Source of the DNA: Macrostomum lignano
Lineage: Eukaryota
Direction: 5' to 3'
Assembly (NCBI GenBank): GCA_002269645.1
Contig: NIVC01000962.1
Location: forward strand, 186,001-250,000
DNA length: 64,000 nt
Under the pieces are notes generated by a model. It was not told the origin of the DNA, did no database searches, and saw nothing but the letters and a program-made list of their open reading frames with translations. A program made the position numbers and the translations under genes. Shown in pieces: positions 38,129-50,822 of the stretch. Each line of letters begins with the position of its first letter. Positions within the stretch are counted from its first letter, which is position 1.

Positions 38129-39289
38129 ATCGGCAAGAATGAATCGGTCGTTACTGCTGTTGATAGTTTATACTTCTAATGGACTAACTGACAAATTATA
38201 GTCGTTCTAAAATGTTCTCAGGCCTTGTTCTTAGGCCTGTTAACCGGTTAACAGGCCTCGTTTTGAGTTCTCAGGCTTCGTTTTTTAGTGAGGTTTGGCC
38301 ATAGACTATCGTTCCACTAGAAAAGAAGGAGCCTAGGAATTTAGTGTGAACCGTCATATCTGTAGGTTAATAGGGCGAGATTTGGCGCTTTTAATGAAAA
38401 TAGCGACTTACGCATGACTGTCTACTTACTCAGTAGTGCGGAAGGCTAACCTCGATTCTTTTCTCTGATTAACAGTAGGAATGCCAAGCCATTTTTTGAT
38501 TATTTTCTTGCTGCACTGGAACGGAGCAATGCAGGCACACGAAATTCAAGAACACGGGCTAACTTTTTGATGAGCACCTTCTCAAATAAGAATCAAGTCG
38601 CCAGTTCTCCGGACCTTCGAGATATTCAACGATTCTAACAGAAGGTTGGATTTTTCCTATCAGCGCTACTGCGCTAGTGTATTCAATATGTACACCCCCG
38701 TGCACCAATCAACGCTGCGCCTCGGTGCGGCCTTGCCAAGCCTTCAAATTTCATCAGCACGTCGACCACATGTGCCTGCATCAGCTCTGGCTTCGTTGCT
38801 CACTAGCCTTCACCCAGGCGGAGCTTCTGGATCTTCAACAGGTGGCACCAGGTGACTGTGGACAACCCTGTTGCGAATTTCTCGAGTTTCGCTTATCAAG
38901 ACTCGGCAGTGGGCAGCTGCTGCTGGACATCCTCAGTCTCTCAAGCATTCCGTCATCAACCCGACTACCCACTGTCGAGGCTTGATCAACGAAACTAGAA
39001 TAACAGTTTCGAAGGCCAGGGACCAACAAAGCCAGAGCTAATGCAAGACACGTGTGGTCGACAAGGTGTACAGCCGCCCTGATTTTTCTCAACACACACC
39101 CCTTGGGGTTGGCCCTCATCGGCGAGCCCAGGGACTTTCGCGCGACAGTAGGATGTGTTCCATCTGCCCAATGGTGATGGCCAACCACCCCTCACCGCTG
39201 GTCATTCGGTTCAGAAGACCGCGCATCAACGTCCTTACCCGTAGGTCCTTTTCACGGCCCTCCATCTCACTGTCTTTGACGTCCCGCAG

Positions 39290-39760
39290 CCGCCTGTCCA
39301 TCTCGCAGCCAAGCCGCCTGGAGCTTCGCCGCGTCACCGACCAGTTCCTGGTGCTGCGCGGCCGGCAGCAGCCGCTGCGCTACTCCATGGCCGGCGCTCC
39401 GCCTTCGTCCGCCGGAATTCTCCGCGCCATCGCCCGAGCGCTGTTGAAACGGCGCCGCCACAGCCGCAACCGGAGGAGCATTGTGCTGGCCTTCTGGGGC
39501 GACGAAGCCGGAGGCGCCGGAGTCGGTGGCGCGGAATTCCGCGGCCTCGGGGTGGCAGCCTACGTGGCGCTGGACAGGGCCGTCCCGGATTTGAAGGGCC
39601 CGCGACGGCTGCGACTGCGGGCCTCGCCGCTGCTCAACTCCGTGTTCTATTCGGCAGCGACGTTCGCGGCGAATGCCACCCCATCGGCTGGGAAGGCGGA
39701 CGGGACGGGTTGGCCAGAGACAGTCGAGTCCGAGGCCACGGCTGCTGGACAGCCGCCGCT
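39290..39760 (+). CDS. TfR/PSMA-like gene exon 2 (protease-like domain)
   Basis: Acceptor GTCCCGCAG gives an exact phase-2 join; LRGRQQPLRY, RRSIVLAFWGDEA and AAYVALDRA align with PSMA LRGAVEPDRY, RRTILFASWDAEE and VAYINADSS; donor CT|GTGAGT. Confidence 0.85.
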
Positions 39761-39795
39761 GTGAGTGAATTAATGAACTGCCAATAGTATGCTGA

Positions 39796-42700
39796 CTAGC
39801 AATCTAGTGCGGCCCCCCTTCGGGGCGCCCAATAAGAATGAAGCAAAAATAGTTTATGGAAATCAATGAAAAGCACATTTTCTTAAAAACCAAGTCCTTC
39901 ATCACTTTTAAAAATCACCTTATTCATTTAAAATTGTCACGGACAATAATATTTGCTATGAATCTATTTTTTTCTAAAATTAACAAACAGACAACAAAAT
40001 ATAACTTTCACAAAGATCACAGTCATTACCCCTAAATAGAAAATATTCCCAAGACAGCAAGCATCCCCCCAGTAGCAAGCACCCTCCTCCAAAAGTAAAC
40101 AACCGCAGATAGCAAGCATCCCCTAAAACTCCTAGCAAGCATCCACCCAGATAGCAAGCATCTGCAGATAGCAAGCATCTTGTAGATAGCAAGCATCCCC
40201 CAAATAGAAGCATCTCCCGGATAAAAGCATCCAGCCAAATAGCAAGCATCCCCCAAATAATGTAGAAGCATCCTTCCAGATAGCAAGCATCCTGCAAATA
40301 GCAAGAATCCCTAAATAGCAAGCATCCCTGGATAGAAATAATCCTATAAATGTAGCCAAGCTTATCAAGCGCAGTAATCCTTGGCTATGGAGTGAAGTAA
40401 TCCTTGGCTATGGAGTGAAGTAATCCTTGGCTATGGAGTGAAGTAATCCTTGGCTATGGAGTGAAGTAATCCTTGGCTATGGAGTGAAGTAATCCTTGGC
40501 TATGGAGTGAAGTAATCCTTGGCTATGGAGTGAAGTAATCCTTGGCTATGGAGTGAAGTAATCCTTGGTTTATTAAGACCAATAATCTTTGGCTTATCGA
40601 GTGCAGTAATCCTTGGTTTATTAATAGCAATAATCCCTGGCTTCTCAAGTGCAGTAATCCTTGGTTTTCCAAGTTTAGTAATCCTTGGTTTATTAATAGC
40701 AATAATCCATGGCTTATCGAGTGCAGTAATCCTTGGTTTGCCAAGTGCAGTAATCCTTGGTTTATTAATAGCAATAATCCTTGGCTTATCGAGTGCAGTA
40801 ATCCTTGGTTTATTAATAGCAATAATCCTTGATTAATCAAGTGCAGTAATCCTTGGTTTGCCAAGAGCAATAGTCCTTGGTTTATTGAGTGCAGTAATCC
40901 TTGGTTTATTAATAGCAATAATCCTTGGCTTATCGAGTGCAGTAATCCTTGGTTTGCCAAGTGCAGTAATCCTTGGTTTATTAATAGCAATAATCCTTGG
41001 CTTATCGAGTGCAGTAATCCTTGGTTTATTAATAGCAATAATCCTTGATTAATCAAGTGCAGTAATCCTTGGTTTGCCCAGAGCAATAGTCCTTGGTTTA
41101 TTGAGTGCAGTAATCCTTGGTTTATTAATAGCAATAATCCTTGGCTTATCGAGTGCAGTAATCATTGGTTTATTAATAGCAATAATCCTTGATTAATCAA
41201 GTGCAGTAATCCTTGGTTTGCCAAGAGCAATAGTCCTTGGTTTATTGAGTGCAGTAATCCTTGGTTTATTAATAGCAATAATCCTTGGCTTATCGAGTGC
41301 AGTAATCCTTGGTTTGCCAAGTGCAGTAATCCTTGGTTTATTAATAGCAATAATCCTTGGCTTATCGAGTGCAGTAATCCTTGGTTTGCCAAGTGCAGTA
41401 ATCCTTGGTTTATTAATAGCAATAATCCTTGGCTTATCGAGTGCAGTAATCATTGGTTTATTAAAAGCAATAATCCTTGGCTTATCGAGTGCAGTAATCC
41501 TTGGTTTAATATTAGCAATAATCCTTGATTAATCAAGTGCAGTAATCCTTGGTTTACCCAGAGCAATAGTCCTTGGCTTATCGAGTGCAGTAATCCTTGG
41601 TTTGCCAAGTGCAGTAATCCTTGGTTTATTAATAGCAATAATCCTTGGCTTATCGAGTGCAGTAATCATTGGTTTATTAAAAGCAATAATCCTTGGCTTA
41701 TCGAGTGCAGTAATCCTTGGTTTAATATTAGCAATAATCCTTGATTAATCAAGTGCAGTAATCCTTGGTTTGCCCAGAGCAATAGTCCTTGGTTTATTGA
41801 GTGCAGTAATCCTTGGTTTATTAATAGCAATAATCCTTGGCTTATCGAGTGCAGTAATCCTTGGTTTGCCCAGAGCAATAGTCCTTGGTTTATTGAGTGC
41901 AGTAATCCTTGGTTTATTAATAGCAATAATCCTTGGCTTATCGAGTGCAGTAATCATTGGTTTATTAAAAGCAATAATCCTTGGCTTATCGAGTGCAGTA
42001 ATCCTTGGTTTAATATTAGCAATAATCCTTGATTAATCAAGTGCAGTAATCCTTGGTTTGCCAAGAGCAATAGTCCTTGGTTTATTGAGTGCATTAATCC
42101 TTGGTTTATTAATAGCAATAATCCTTGGCTTATCGAGTGCAGTAATCATTGGTTTATTAAAAGCAATAATCCTTGGCTTATCGAGTGCAGTAATCCTTGG
42201 TTTAATATTAGCAATAATCCTTGATTAATCAAGTGCAGTAATCCTTGGTTTGCCCAGAGCAATAGTCCTTGGTTTATTGAGTGCAGTAATCCTTGGTTTA
42301 TTAATAGCAATAATCCTTGGCTTATCGAGTGCAGTAATCCTTGGTTTGCCCAGAGCAATAGTCCTTGGTTTATTGAGTGCAGTAATCCTTGGTTTATTAA
42401 TAGCAATAATCCTTGGCTTATCGAGTGCAGTAATCATTGGTTTATTAAAAGCAATAATCCTTGGCTTATCGAGTGCAGTAATCCTTGGTTTAATATTAGC
42501 AATAATCCTTGATTAATCAAGTGCAGTAATCCTTGGTTTGCCAAGAGCAATAGTCCTTGGTTTATTGAGTGCATTAATCCTTGGTTTATTAATAGCAATA
42601 ATCCTTGGCTTATCGAGTGCAGTAATCCTTGGTTTATTAATAGCAATAATCCATGGCTTATCGAGTGCAGTAATCCTTGGTTTGCCAAGTGCAGTAATCC

Positions 42701-44482
42701 TTGGTTTATTAATAGCAATAATCCATGGCTTATCGAGTGCAGTAATCTTTGGTTTATTAATAGCAATAATCCTTGATTAATCAAGTGCATTAATCCTTGG
42801 TTTATTAATAGCAATAATCCTTGGCTTATCGAGTGCAGTAATCCTTGGTTTATTAATAGCAATAATCCATGGCTTATCGAGTGCAGTAATCCTTGGTTTG
42901 CCAAGTGCAGTAATCCTTGGTTTATTAATAGCAATAATCCTTGGCTTATCGAGTGCAGTAATCATTGGTTTATTAAAAGCAATAATCCTTGGCTTATCGA
43001 GTGCAGTAATCCTTGGTTTAATAATAGCAATAATCCTTGATTAATCAAGTGCAGTAATCCTTGGTTTGCCCAGAGCAATAGTCCTTGGTTTATTGAGTGC
43101 AGTAATCCTTGGTTTATTAATAGCAATAATCCATGGCTTATCGAGTGCAGTAATCCTTGGTTTATTAATAGCAATAATCCTTGATTAATCAAGTGCATTA
43201 ATCCTTGGTTTATTAATAGCAATAATCCTTGGCTTATCGAGTGCAGTAATCCTTGGTTTATTAATAGCAATAATCCATGGCTTATCGAGTGCAGTAATCC
43301 TTGGTTTGCCAAGTGCAGTAATCCTTGGTTTATTAATAGCAATAATCCATGGCTTATCGAGTGCAGTAATCCTTGGTTTATTAATAGCAATAATCCTTGG
43401 CTTATCGAGTGCAGTAATCATTGGTTTATTAATAGCAATAATCCTTGATTAATCAAGTGCAGTAATCCTTGGTTTGCCAAGAGCAATAGTCCTTGGTTTA
43501 TTGAGTGCAGTAATCCTTGGTTTATTAATAGCAATAATCCTTGGCTTATCGAGTGCAGTAATCCTTGGTTTGCCAAGTGCAGTAATCCTTGGTTTATTAA
43601 TAGCAATAATCCTTGGCTTATCGAGTGCAGTAATCATTGGTTTATTAATAGCAATAATCCTTGATTAATCAAGTGCATTAATCCTTGGTTTATTAATAGC
43701 AATAATCCTTGGCTTATTGAGTGCAGTAATCCTTGGTTTATTAATAGCAATAATCCTTGGCTTATCGAGTGCAGTAATCTAAGTTTTGTTTTATTAAAGG
43801 ACTAAATGTTTTATTAAAGGACTAAATATTTAATAAAAGCTTTTAATAAAAAATTTTACACTACTACTTTTAAACTACTTAGATTCGAAGCCAGGTCGCT
43901 GCATTAGCAGTCTGGTCTGTTCAGCTCTAGGCTAGCTCTCATCGAAGTTATCAGTGAATTTGTACCACTTATATAATTCAACACTCACACCAAGTCAGGT
44001 AGAGCAAAAAGTCACACGAAGCAGTTATGACATAATCAATTTCTTAGGCAAGTCAGTACCAGTGTCTATGAAAGTTAACAATATGGTTACGTAATATAAA
44101 TTCAGTACTGCGCTATGCTTTCACACTCAAAGCTGTGACGCAATTCAATTGAGTGTCAAATTCAGCCAGTACACAGACGATAAACAAAGTGTATTGTGAT
44201 GCAATCTATTTTAGAATCAGAATTCAACCAGTCAGTTTTTCTGCTAGCAATCTTACAATGCATTTCGATGCTTGACCTTTGCAAAAAAGCATGTTTTTCG
44301 AATATTTAATCCCTTTAGCATCGAGCAATTTCTTAGCCACGATGCATGTACCGTCACGGAATAATTTCTGATCGAACAGTGCAGGTTCGAAGAAAATCGG
44401 TTCAGCCGTTTTTGCTAAAATCGATCACACGCACACACACACACGCACGCACACACAAACAGACCATTTTTAGTATATTAGA
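39796..44482 (-). mobile_element. Non-autonomous Helitron-like element carrying satellites
   Basis: Minus-strand 3' end CTAG with GC hairpin (GCCCCCCTTCGGGGC) about 15 nt inside; minus-strand 5' end TCTAATATACTAAAAATG-(TG microsatellite)-AAACGGCTGAACCGATTT, the Lep1/HINE-type layout. Confidence 0.55.
40373..43780. repeat. Satellite: 23-bp array (40373-40565) then 24-bp monomers in A/B dimers with higher-order units
   Basis: Core GTAATCCTTGG; identical pseudo-ORFs offset by 480 bp (41666/42146, 41770/42250). Confidence 0.95.
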
Positions 44483-44989
44483 CTAGCCATTTAGCCCCCC
44501 GCTGGGGAGCCCTAAAATGACACCAATTGGTTTTTATTTTGACACAAGAGTAACCTTACTATTATTATCCAAAATGTTGATTTCCATTAATCAAAAATTA
44601 CCTTTTCTCATTTTGGCAAAAATAAATTGCCATGAATCAGAACTTTCATCAGCCAAAAAAGTTTCCTTCATCAGCCCAAAACCCTTTCTCAATCAGCAAA
44701 TAGTGCTGATCCTTTCAAGCACAAACTCTTAGTGCATATCGTCGCTGGCCGGGGCATATTCTTATCCGCAGCAAATATGCAAATCACTGACGGCCTTAGA
44801 CCCTCTCTTTTAATTAGCCTAAATCAAAGAATGACACCTTTAATAAATGCGCTGGTATTTCCTATTAGCAGAAATCAGCATCACTTGTGTGTACTATTTC
44901 AATATCTGAACTACATGAGCTACTTCAGCCGTACTACCTGACTATCTGACAATCGCCCAACAACCTAACACCCCTAACAATTCAGCCAT

Positions 44990-47080
44990 CGTCCATGAGC
45001 CTTGTCATCTTAGCAATTCCCCCCAGTAAGCCTTGTCATCTTAGCAATTCCCCCCAGTAAGCCTTGAAATCTCAGCAATTCCCCAAGTAAGCCTTGACAA
45101 TAATTGCTAAGAATTGCTAAGAATACTTAGCTAACAATTGCTAATACTTGCTAAGAATTGCTGAGAAGCCTCGAGATCTCAGCAATTCCCCCAGTAGGCA
45201 TTGACATCTCAGCGATTCTCCCAGTAAGCCTTGAAATCTTAGCAATTCCCCCAGAAAGAATTCACATCTTAGCAATTGCCGCAGTAAGCCTTGAAATCGC
45301 TGCAATTCCCCCAGTAAGCCTTAACATCTCAGCAATTCCTCCAATAAGCCTTGACATCTGAGGAATTCCCCCAGTAAGCCTTGAAATCTAAGCATTCCCC
45401 CAGAAAGCCTTCACATTTTAGCAATTCCCAGTAAGACTTGACATCTTAGCAATTCCCAGTAAGACTTGACATCTCAGCAGTTCCCCCATTAAGCATCGAC
45501 ATCGCAGCAATTAAACTCGAGCCTTGACATCTACGCAGTTCTCTCAGCTGAGTAAGCCTTGACATCCCAACAACCCAACTCCCCTCCCCCAAGAATTCAG
45601 CAATCCCCTTATGAGCCTTGATATCTCTGCAATTTCTTCATAAGCCTTGTCAACTCAGTGATTCCATTCATGAGCTTTGATATCTTAGCAACTCCCATCT
45701 TAGCAAGTCTTTAGTTGATGGTTAACAGAGTGGTTATTCTATGATTGAACCAAAACTGACCCTAAGCCCCTAACCCTAACCCATAAGTGAGTCTTGGCAT
45801 GTTAGCAATCTCCCCCGTGAGCCTTGAGCCTGAGCATTTAAGTAACTTCCTCATAAGCTTTGAAATCTAAATTTCACCGAAAGCCTTGAACTGTCAGCAA
45901 TTCCCTAAGAGCCAAAGCATATAACTAATTCGCCCCTTTAATCTTTGAAATTCCTTGATGAATCATTTATGATTGACACGACGATCGCTCTATAATTAAA
46001 CTCAAATCCTAACCCTTAACCTGCAGCCGAGTCACAGCATTTCAGCAACTCCCCCTCTCAGCCCAAGAATTTCAGCAATTCCCCAATGAGCTTTTGAAAT
46101 CTTAGCAATTTTCCCATGAGCATGAAACTTTAGCGACTAATCTTTTGATATCTTGGCACTTTCACATGAGTCTTATGGTTGAAAACTAACCCTGCCAAGT
46201 CACAGCATTTCAGCAATTCCCACCGTAAACCACAGCATTTCAACAATTACCCAATGAACCTTGACATTTCCTGAATTTCAGCTATTCGCTTTAGGAGCCT
46301 TTGAAATCTCAGTCATTCCCCTGTGAACCTTAGCATCTCAGCAATACCCAAGAGTCACAGCCTACAGCATTACAGGGATCCCCCGTGAGCTTTGAAATCT
46401 CAGCTATTCCTCAATGAGCCTTGATATCTCAGCAACTCCTATTTGAGCCACAAAATTTCGGCATTATGAGCAGGTGCTGCAATCACAACAATCCCCCTGA
46501 GCATTGAGCCACATTATAATTCGGATATCCCCCCCACGAGCCTTTACAACTTAGCAATTCCCCAATGAGTATTTAATGTTAGACAGGCCTATTCATTTAT
46601 ATGGTTTACGTCTTACTCTTACCCTAACAATACCGGCAATTCCCTCAAGAGCCACAGCATTCCAGAAATTATTTCCATGAGCCTTGACAGCAAATAATTT
46701 TAATGAGCCTTGATACCTCAGAAATTTCTCAAATGGAATTTGAAATCAAAGCAATTCTGCCCAGAATCACATCAGTATAGGAATTTCCCTCTGAGACTTG
46801 ACAAGACATCTCAGAATTTCTCTCATGGGCCTTGATCTGGCCCATGGCCCAGTAAGCCTTGAAATCTCAATAATTCCCCAGTAAGCCTTGACATCTCAGA
46901 AATTCCCTCATTAAGATCGACATCGCAGCAATTGAACTTAAGCTTTGAAATCAAAGCAATTCTCCCCAGAATCACATTATTATAGCAATTACCGCTGAGC
47001 CTTGAGATCTTAGAAATTCTCCCATGAGTCTTGATATCACAGAAATTTTCCATACCAGCCCTGACATCTTAGCAATTCAC
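44990..47080. repeat. Old degenerate repeat of about 32 bp (AGTAAGCCTTGACATCTCAGCAATTCCCC-like)
   Basis: Recurrent GAGCCTTGA / CAGCAATTCCC motifs. Confidence 0.8.
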
Positions 47081-48631
47081 ATTGAGTATTTTATTCTCGA
47101 CAGACGCTTCTTTTATGGTTGACATGATGATTCTTTTGTCGCTTTTTCTTGTGTTGAGTTTTCTTCTGTTTAAAGTAGCATTTATTAAAAACTTACAGTG
47201 GTTTACCATCACTTTAGCAATGGTTTACCATCACTTTAGCGATGGTTCACCAGCAGTTTAGCAATGGTTCACCGGCACTGTTCCGCAAAATCTGGGAGCA
47301 GATGGCTACTGATCTCCATATGCTTCTCAATAATCGAAACCATTTGAAATGTTTGCAACTTGCAGTTTAAAATTGATTTGCAATTCTCTTGCATATTTAT
47401 TAATTCATTGTACGTCAGATTAGCACTGCTCACTCAGATTAGACCCTTTGCAAATTAGCACTTACAGCAGATTAGCACTGCTCTAGAAGACTAACGCAGC
47501 CCCAGCAAAAGCATCTTTAAATTTAAGTGTTTAACATCTCCATGAATCTGCATAGAATGCAATCATTATTGTCACAGGTCACAAAGATAAATTCGCTGCT
47601 TCAATGCAGGCTCGAACTGCTGACATCAAAGCATTCTGTTTGCTTCTGCTTGATACTGCCTGCCTACTGCGGCTATTGTGCCTATTGACATGTGGTCGAA
47701 ATAATCTAGTTTAGCAACTTCAGCCGTTTGAAGTTAACCCCCGGAAATCGGCATTTATCCCCACAACAACCTGAAATTATCCCTTCATCTAATCCTGCAA
47801 AAAGACTGCAGTTATTTCTTAGCAGCCGGCATTTATCATCCACTTTCCATTTTAAAACTTTTATTAAAATTAAGAATGCATACCCTCAGCGGCATAGAAT
47901 TGTCCCCTTAGCCAAAAATATTTCACTTAGCAGCCGCAGAAATCCCCTAAACAACTTGTACTTAATCTTCCACAGTAAATATCCACTCAAAACTCAATAG
48001 TTATAGTTATTAGCCTCAGAAGTCTGCCATTATCCTCTAATTAGTCCGCAGTTTTCCCTCTCAGCAGTCTGCAGCTATACGCTCATACGTCTGGAGGAAC
48101 TACCTCAGCAGTTTGCAGTTGTTTCCCCTTTGCAATCTGCAATGATCCCTTCGACAGTCTGCAGTTCCCCTCAGCAGTCTGCAGTCATTTCATTTTCAGT
48201 CTACAACTGTACCATTAACGATTTTCATTCATTCTCTTAGCAGCCTGCAGTTCTCCTCTCGGCCGGCTCCTCGGTCTCCTCTGCAAACTGCAATTTGCTC
48301 AGCATTTTACGGCTCACTAATAAATTTTCCATACATATCGGCAGTTTTGAAAAGCTCAGCATTTAGCAATACCTTCAGCAGTTTTTTTCAGAATCGTCTG
48401 CAGTTTAGCAATTTCATACTTTCATGAAGCTAGGCAATATACCCATTGATGGGATCAGTACGCTCGTAATACATGTACTTGAAGCAGTTTCTACAAATCA
48501 AATTTGCTTATCGACTTGTGCCAAATAGCAAAAATACATGTAGTTCATTAAGTGTGCCTTGTTAATTAAGCATAAAAGTTTCAATTAGTCGAAGCACAAG
48601 CTAAAATAAATAATTAGTTCAATTTTAATTG

Positions 48632-48713
48632 TCCGCTGCGAGGTAGACTCGAACCTGGGACCTTACGCCTATCCTAAAACTGGTCCTAGTGCCTACAGTG
48701 CGGCTACTCCGCC
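48632..48713 (-). pseudogene. tRNA-like sequence (Pol III A/B boxes), copy 1
   Basis: Minus strand begins GGCGGAGTAGCCGCAC and contains a B box GGTTCGAGTC; no clean cloverleaf. Confidence 0.5.
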
Positions 48714-49235
48714 TATTGATCGGAGGGCGACAAAATCAGCCATATATGCTTTGGCACTGCAGTCAAATACACGGCAGTGATAGGCTGTTAGTGCACGAGT
48801 TGCATGCAGGCAGAGCCAATGCGCAGTTAAGTGAAATCTATAAATTAGATTTAAGTCTGGAGGAACTAATTCACAGTCTGCAGTTCTTCTCTGGCCGGCA
48901 CCTCAGTCCCCTCAGAAAACTGCAATTTGCTCAGAATTGTACGGCTCACTAATCAATTTTCGATACATATCGGCAGTCTTGAAAAGCTCAGCATTTAGCA
49001 GCATTGTCTGCAGTTTAGTAATTTCGTACTTTTATGGAGCTAGACAATACCCATTGATGGGATCAGTTATACTCGAAGCAGTTTTTACAAATCAAATTTG
49101 ATTAGTGGCTTGTGCCGAGTAGCAAAAAATGAATTGCTAATTAATAAAAAATGTTTCAATTGAAATTAAATAAAAAAATGTTTTAATTAGTCCAGGCACA
49201 AGCTACAAATTATTGAATTATTTGAATTTTTATTA

Positions 49236-49319
49236 TCCGCCGGGGAGGCAGACTCGAACCTTGGACCTTACGCCTAGCCTAAACCTAGTCCTAAGTGCCT
49301 ACACTGCGGCTACTCCGCC
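49236..49319 (-). pseudogene. tRNA-like sequence (Pol III A/B boxes), copy 2
   Basis: GGCGGAGTAGCCGCAGTG...GGTTCGAGTCTGCCTCC; part of a direct duplication of about 600-630 bp. Confidence 0.5.
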
Positions 49320-50512
49320 TATTGATGGGAGGACAACAAAATCAGCCATATATGCTTCAGAACTGCAGTTAAAATACATAGCAGTGATAGGCTGCTCAGT
49401 GTGTAGGCGTGCAGGCGGAGCCAATGCACAGTTGATTGAGTGAAATCTATAAATAGCAATTTTCTATGGAGTCCGCCAGTCAGAGCCAGGGTCAGAATGT
49501 ACACACGCAGCCACTGAGCATTTTCTCTCCTTGCACACTGCGACCAGTATTGAAGCTTACACAGTTGAGAGAGAAAAGTTATGGCGCAATCATAATTGGA
49601 ATTGGAATTCAGCCAGTCCAGTCAAGAATTCAAAGTTTGCCCTACCATTAAAAGCATTGGGAAAACTCGTTTTTCGAATATTTAATACCTTTAGCATTAA
49701 AGCCAATTAAAGAAATTTTAACTGTCTTCTTTCCAGATAATTACAAATCTTTTTGTAAAAACGCGATTAAAATTGGTCAATTGGTTCTATCTCTAGAACG
49801 TTATGCAAATACTAACACAAATTCTCTTCGAGTGAAAGTTACACGACGCAGCTATGACATAATCAAATACTCAGGCAGTCAGCATCAGTCTCAATTAAAG
49901 TCAGCAATATGGTTACGCAATTTCTGTCTTTCAACTTGGCACAGTGTTTTCAACTTGTTGTGATGCAATCTTTATCAAAATCAGAATTCAGTCAGTCGGT
50001 TTTTTCTCTAGCATTCTTACAGCGCATTTCAAGTCGAAAGAGCTGCTTGACCTTTGCAAAAAATCATGTTTTTCGAATATTTAATCCCTTTAGCGTTGAA
50101 GCAGATTAAAAAAATTTTAACCATACAATCCCAGGCTGATTAAAAATCTTTTGGCGAAAACGCGATGAAAATCGGTGAAGAATTGCAATCTCTAGAGCGT
50201 TATGGACAAACATACAAACAAACAAACCTTAGAGATTTAGTATATTTAGATTTAGATAGATAGAAGATGGGTGAATATGGGTGTGTTCAAAACCTCATAG
50301 ATCATCACTTGCTGTCATTCATTCACCATTCTATGATTCACTCACTTTTCCACTGTTCACTCACTTTTCAACCATTCACTCACTTTGCTACCTTTCACTC
50401 ACTTTGCTACCATTCACTCACTTTGCTACCATTCACTCACTTTTCTATCATTCACACACTTTTCATCATTCACGCTGCTCCCTATTCCCACTTTTAGATT
50501 GCCATTCCCCAG

Positions 50513-50576
50513 CAGCATCGGCAGCCAATCAGAATTCGCCTTCAATTGGGGAATCCCCACGGCCGAGCCTGAACTT
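50513..50576 (+). CDS. TfR/PSMA-like gene exon 3 (64-nt micro-exon)
   Basis: Acceptor CATTCCCCAG (NAGNAG alternative at 50515), donor CTT|GTGAGT; SIGSQSEFAFNWGIPTA aligns with PSMA KLGSGNDF...LGIAS; converts phase 2 to phase 0 exactly as required. Confidence 0.75.
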
Positions 50577-50822
50577 GTGAGTACCGAGTGCGTACGCTAA
50601 AAGTACTTACTGCATTTTATAGAAGCAAAATATTCCCGAAAATTAGTTAGCCGACGGAACTCTGTTCCATGCTATGCACAAACGAATTCTCATATTTTAT
50701 AGCTACAGAGTACTATACTTAACAGCCTAAAGTACTAGCGTACGTATAAAGTGCAAATGCACTTTTAAAGTATTCAAGTATGTACTAATGACCAAATGTT
50801 ACACTGAAACTCCGATTTGCAG

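Larger units (their letters stand above)
44483..50250 (-). mobile_element. Second Helitron-like composite element, head-to-tail with the first
   Basis: Starts CTAG plus hairpin (CCCCCGCTGGGG) immediately after the first element's TATATTAGA end; 49830-50250 is homologous to 44010-44480 and ends TAGTATATTTAGA|T. Confidence 0.5.

Noticed and set aside
38835-39188. Possible LINE reverse transcriptase fragment on the minus strand
   Set aside because: Only vague resemblance (AVHLVDH, QGCPQ); no YADD motif or convincing alignment
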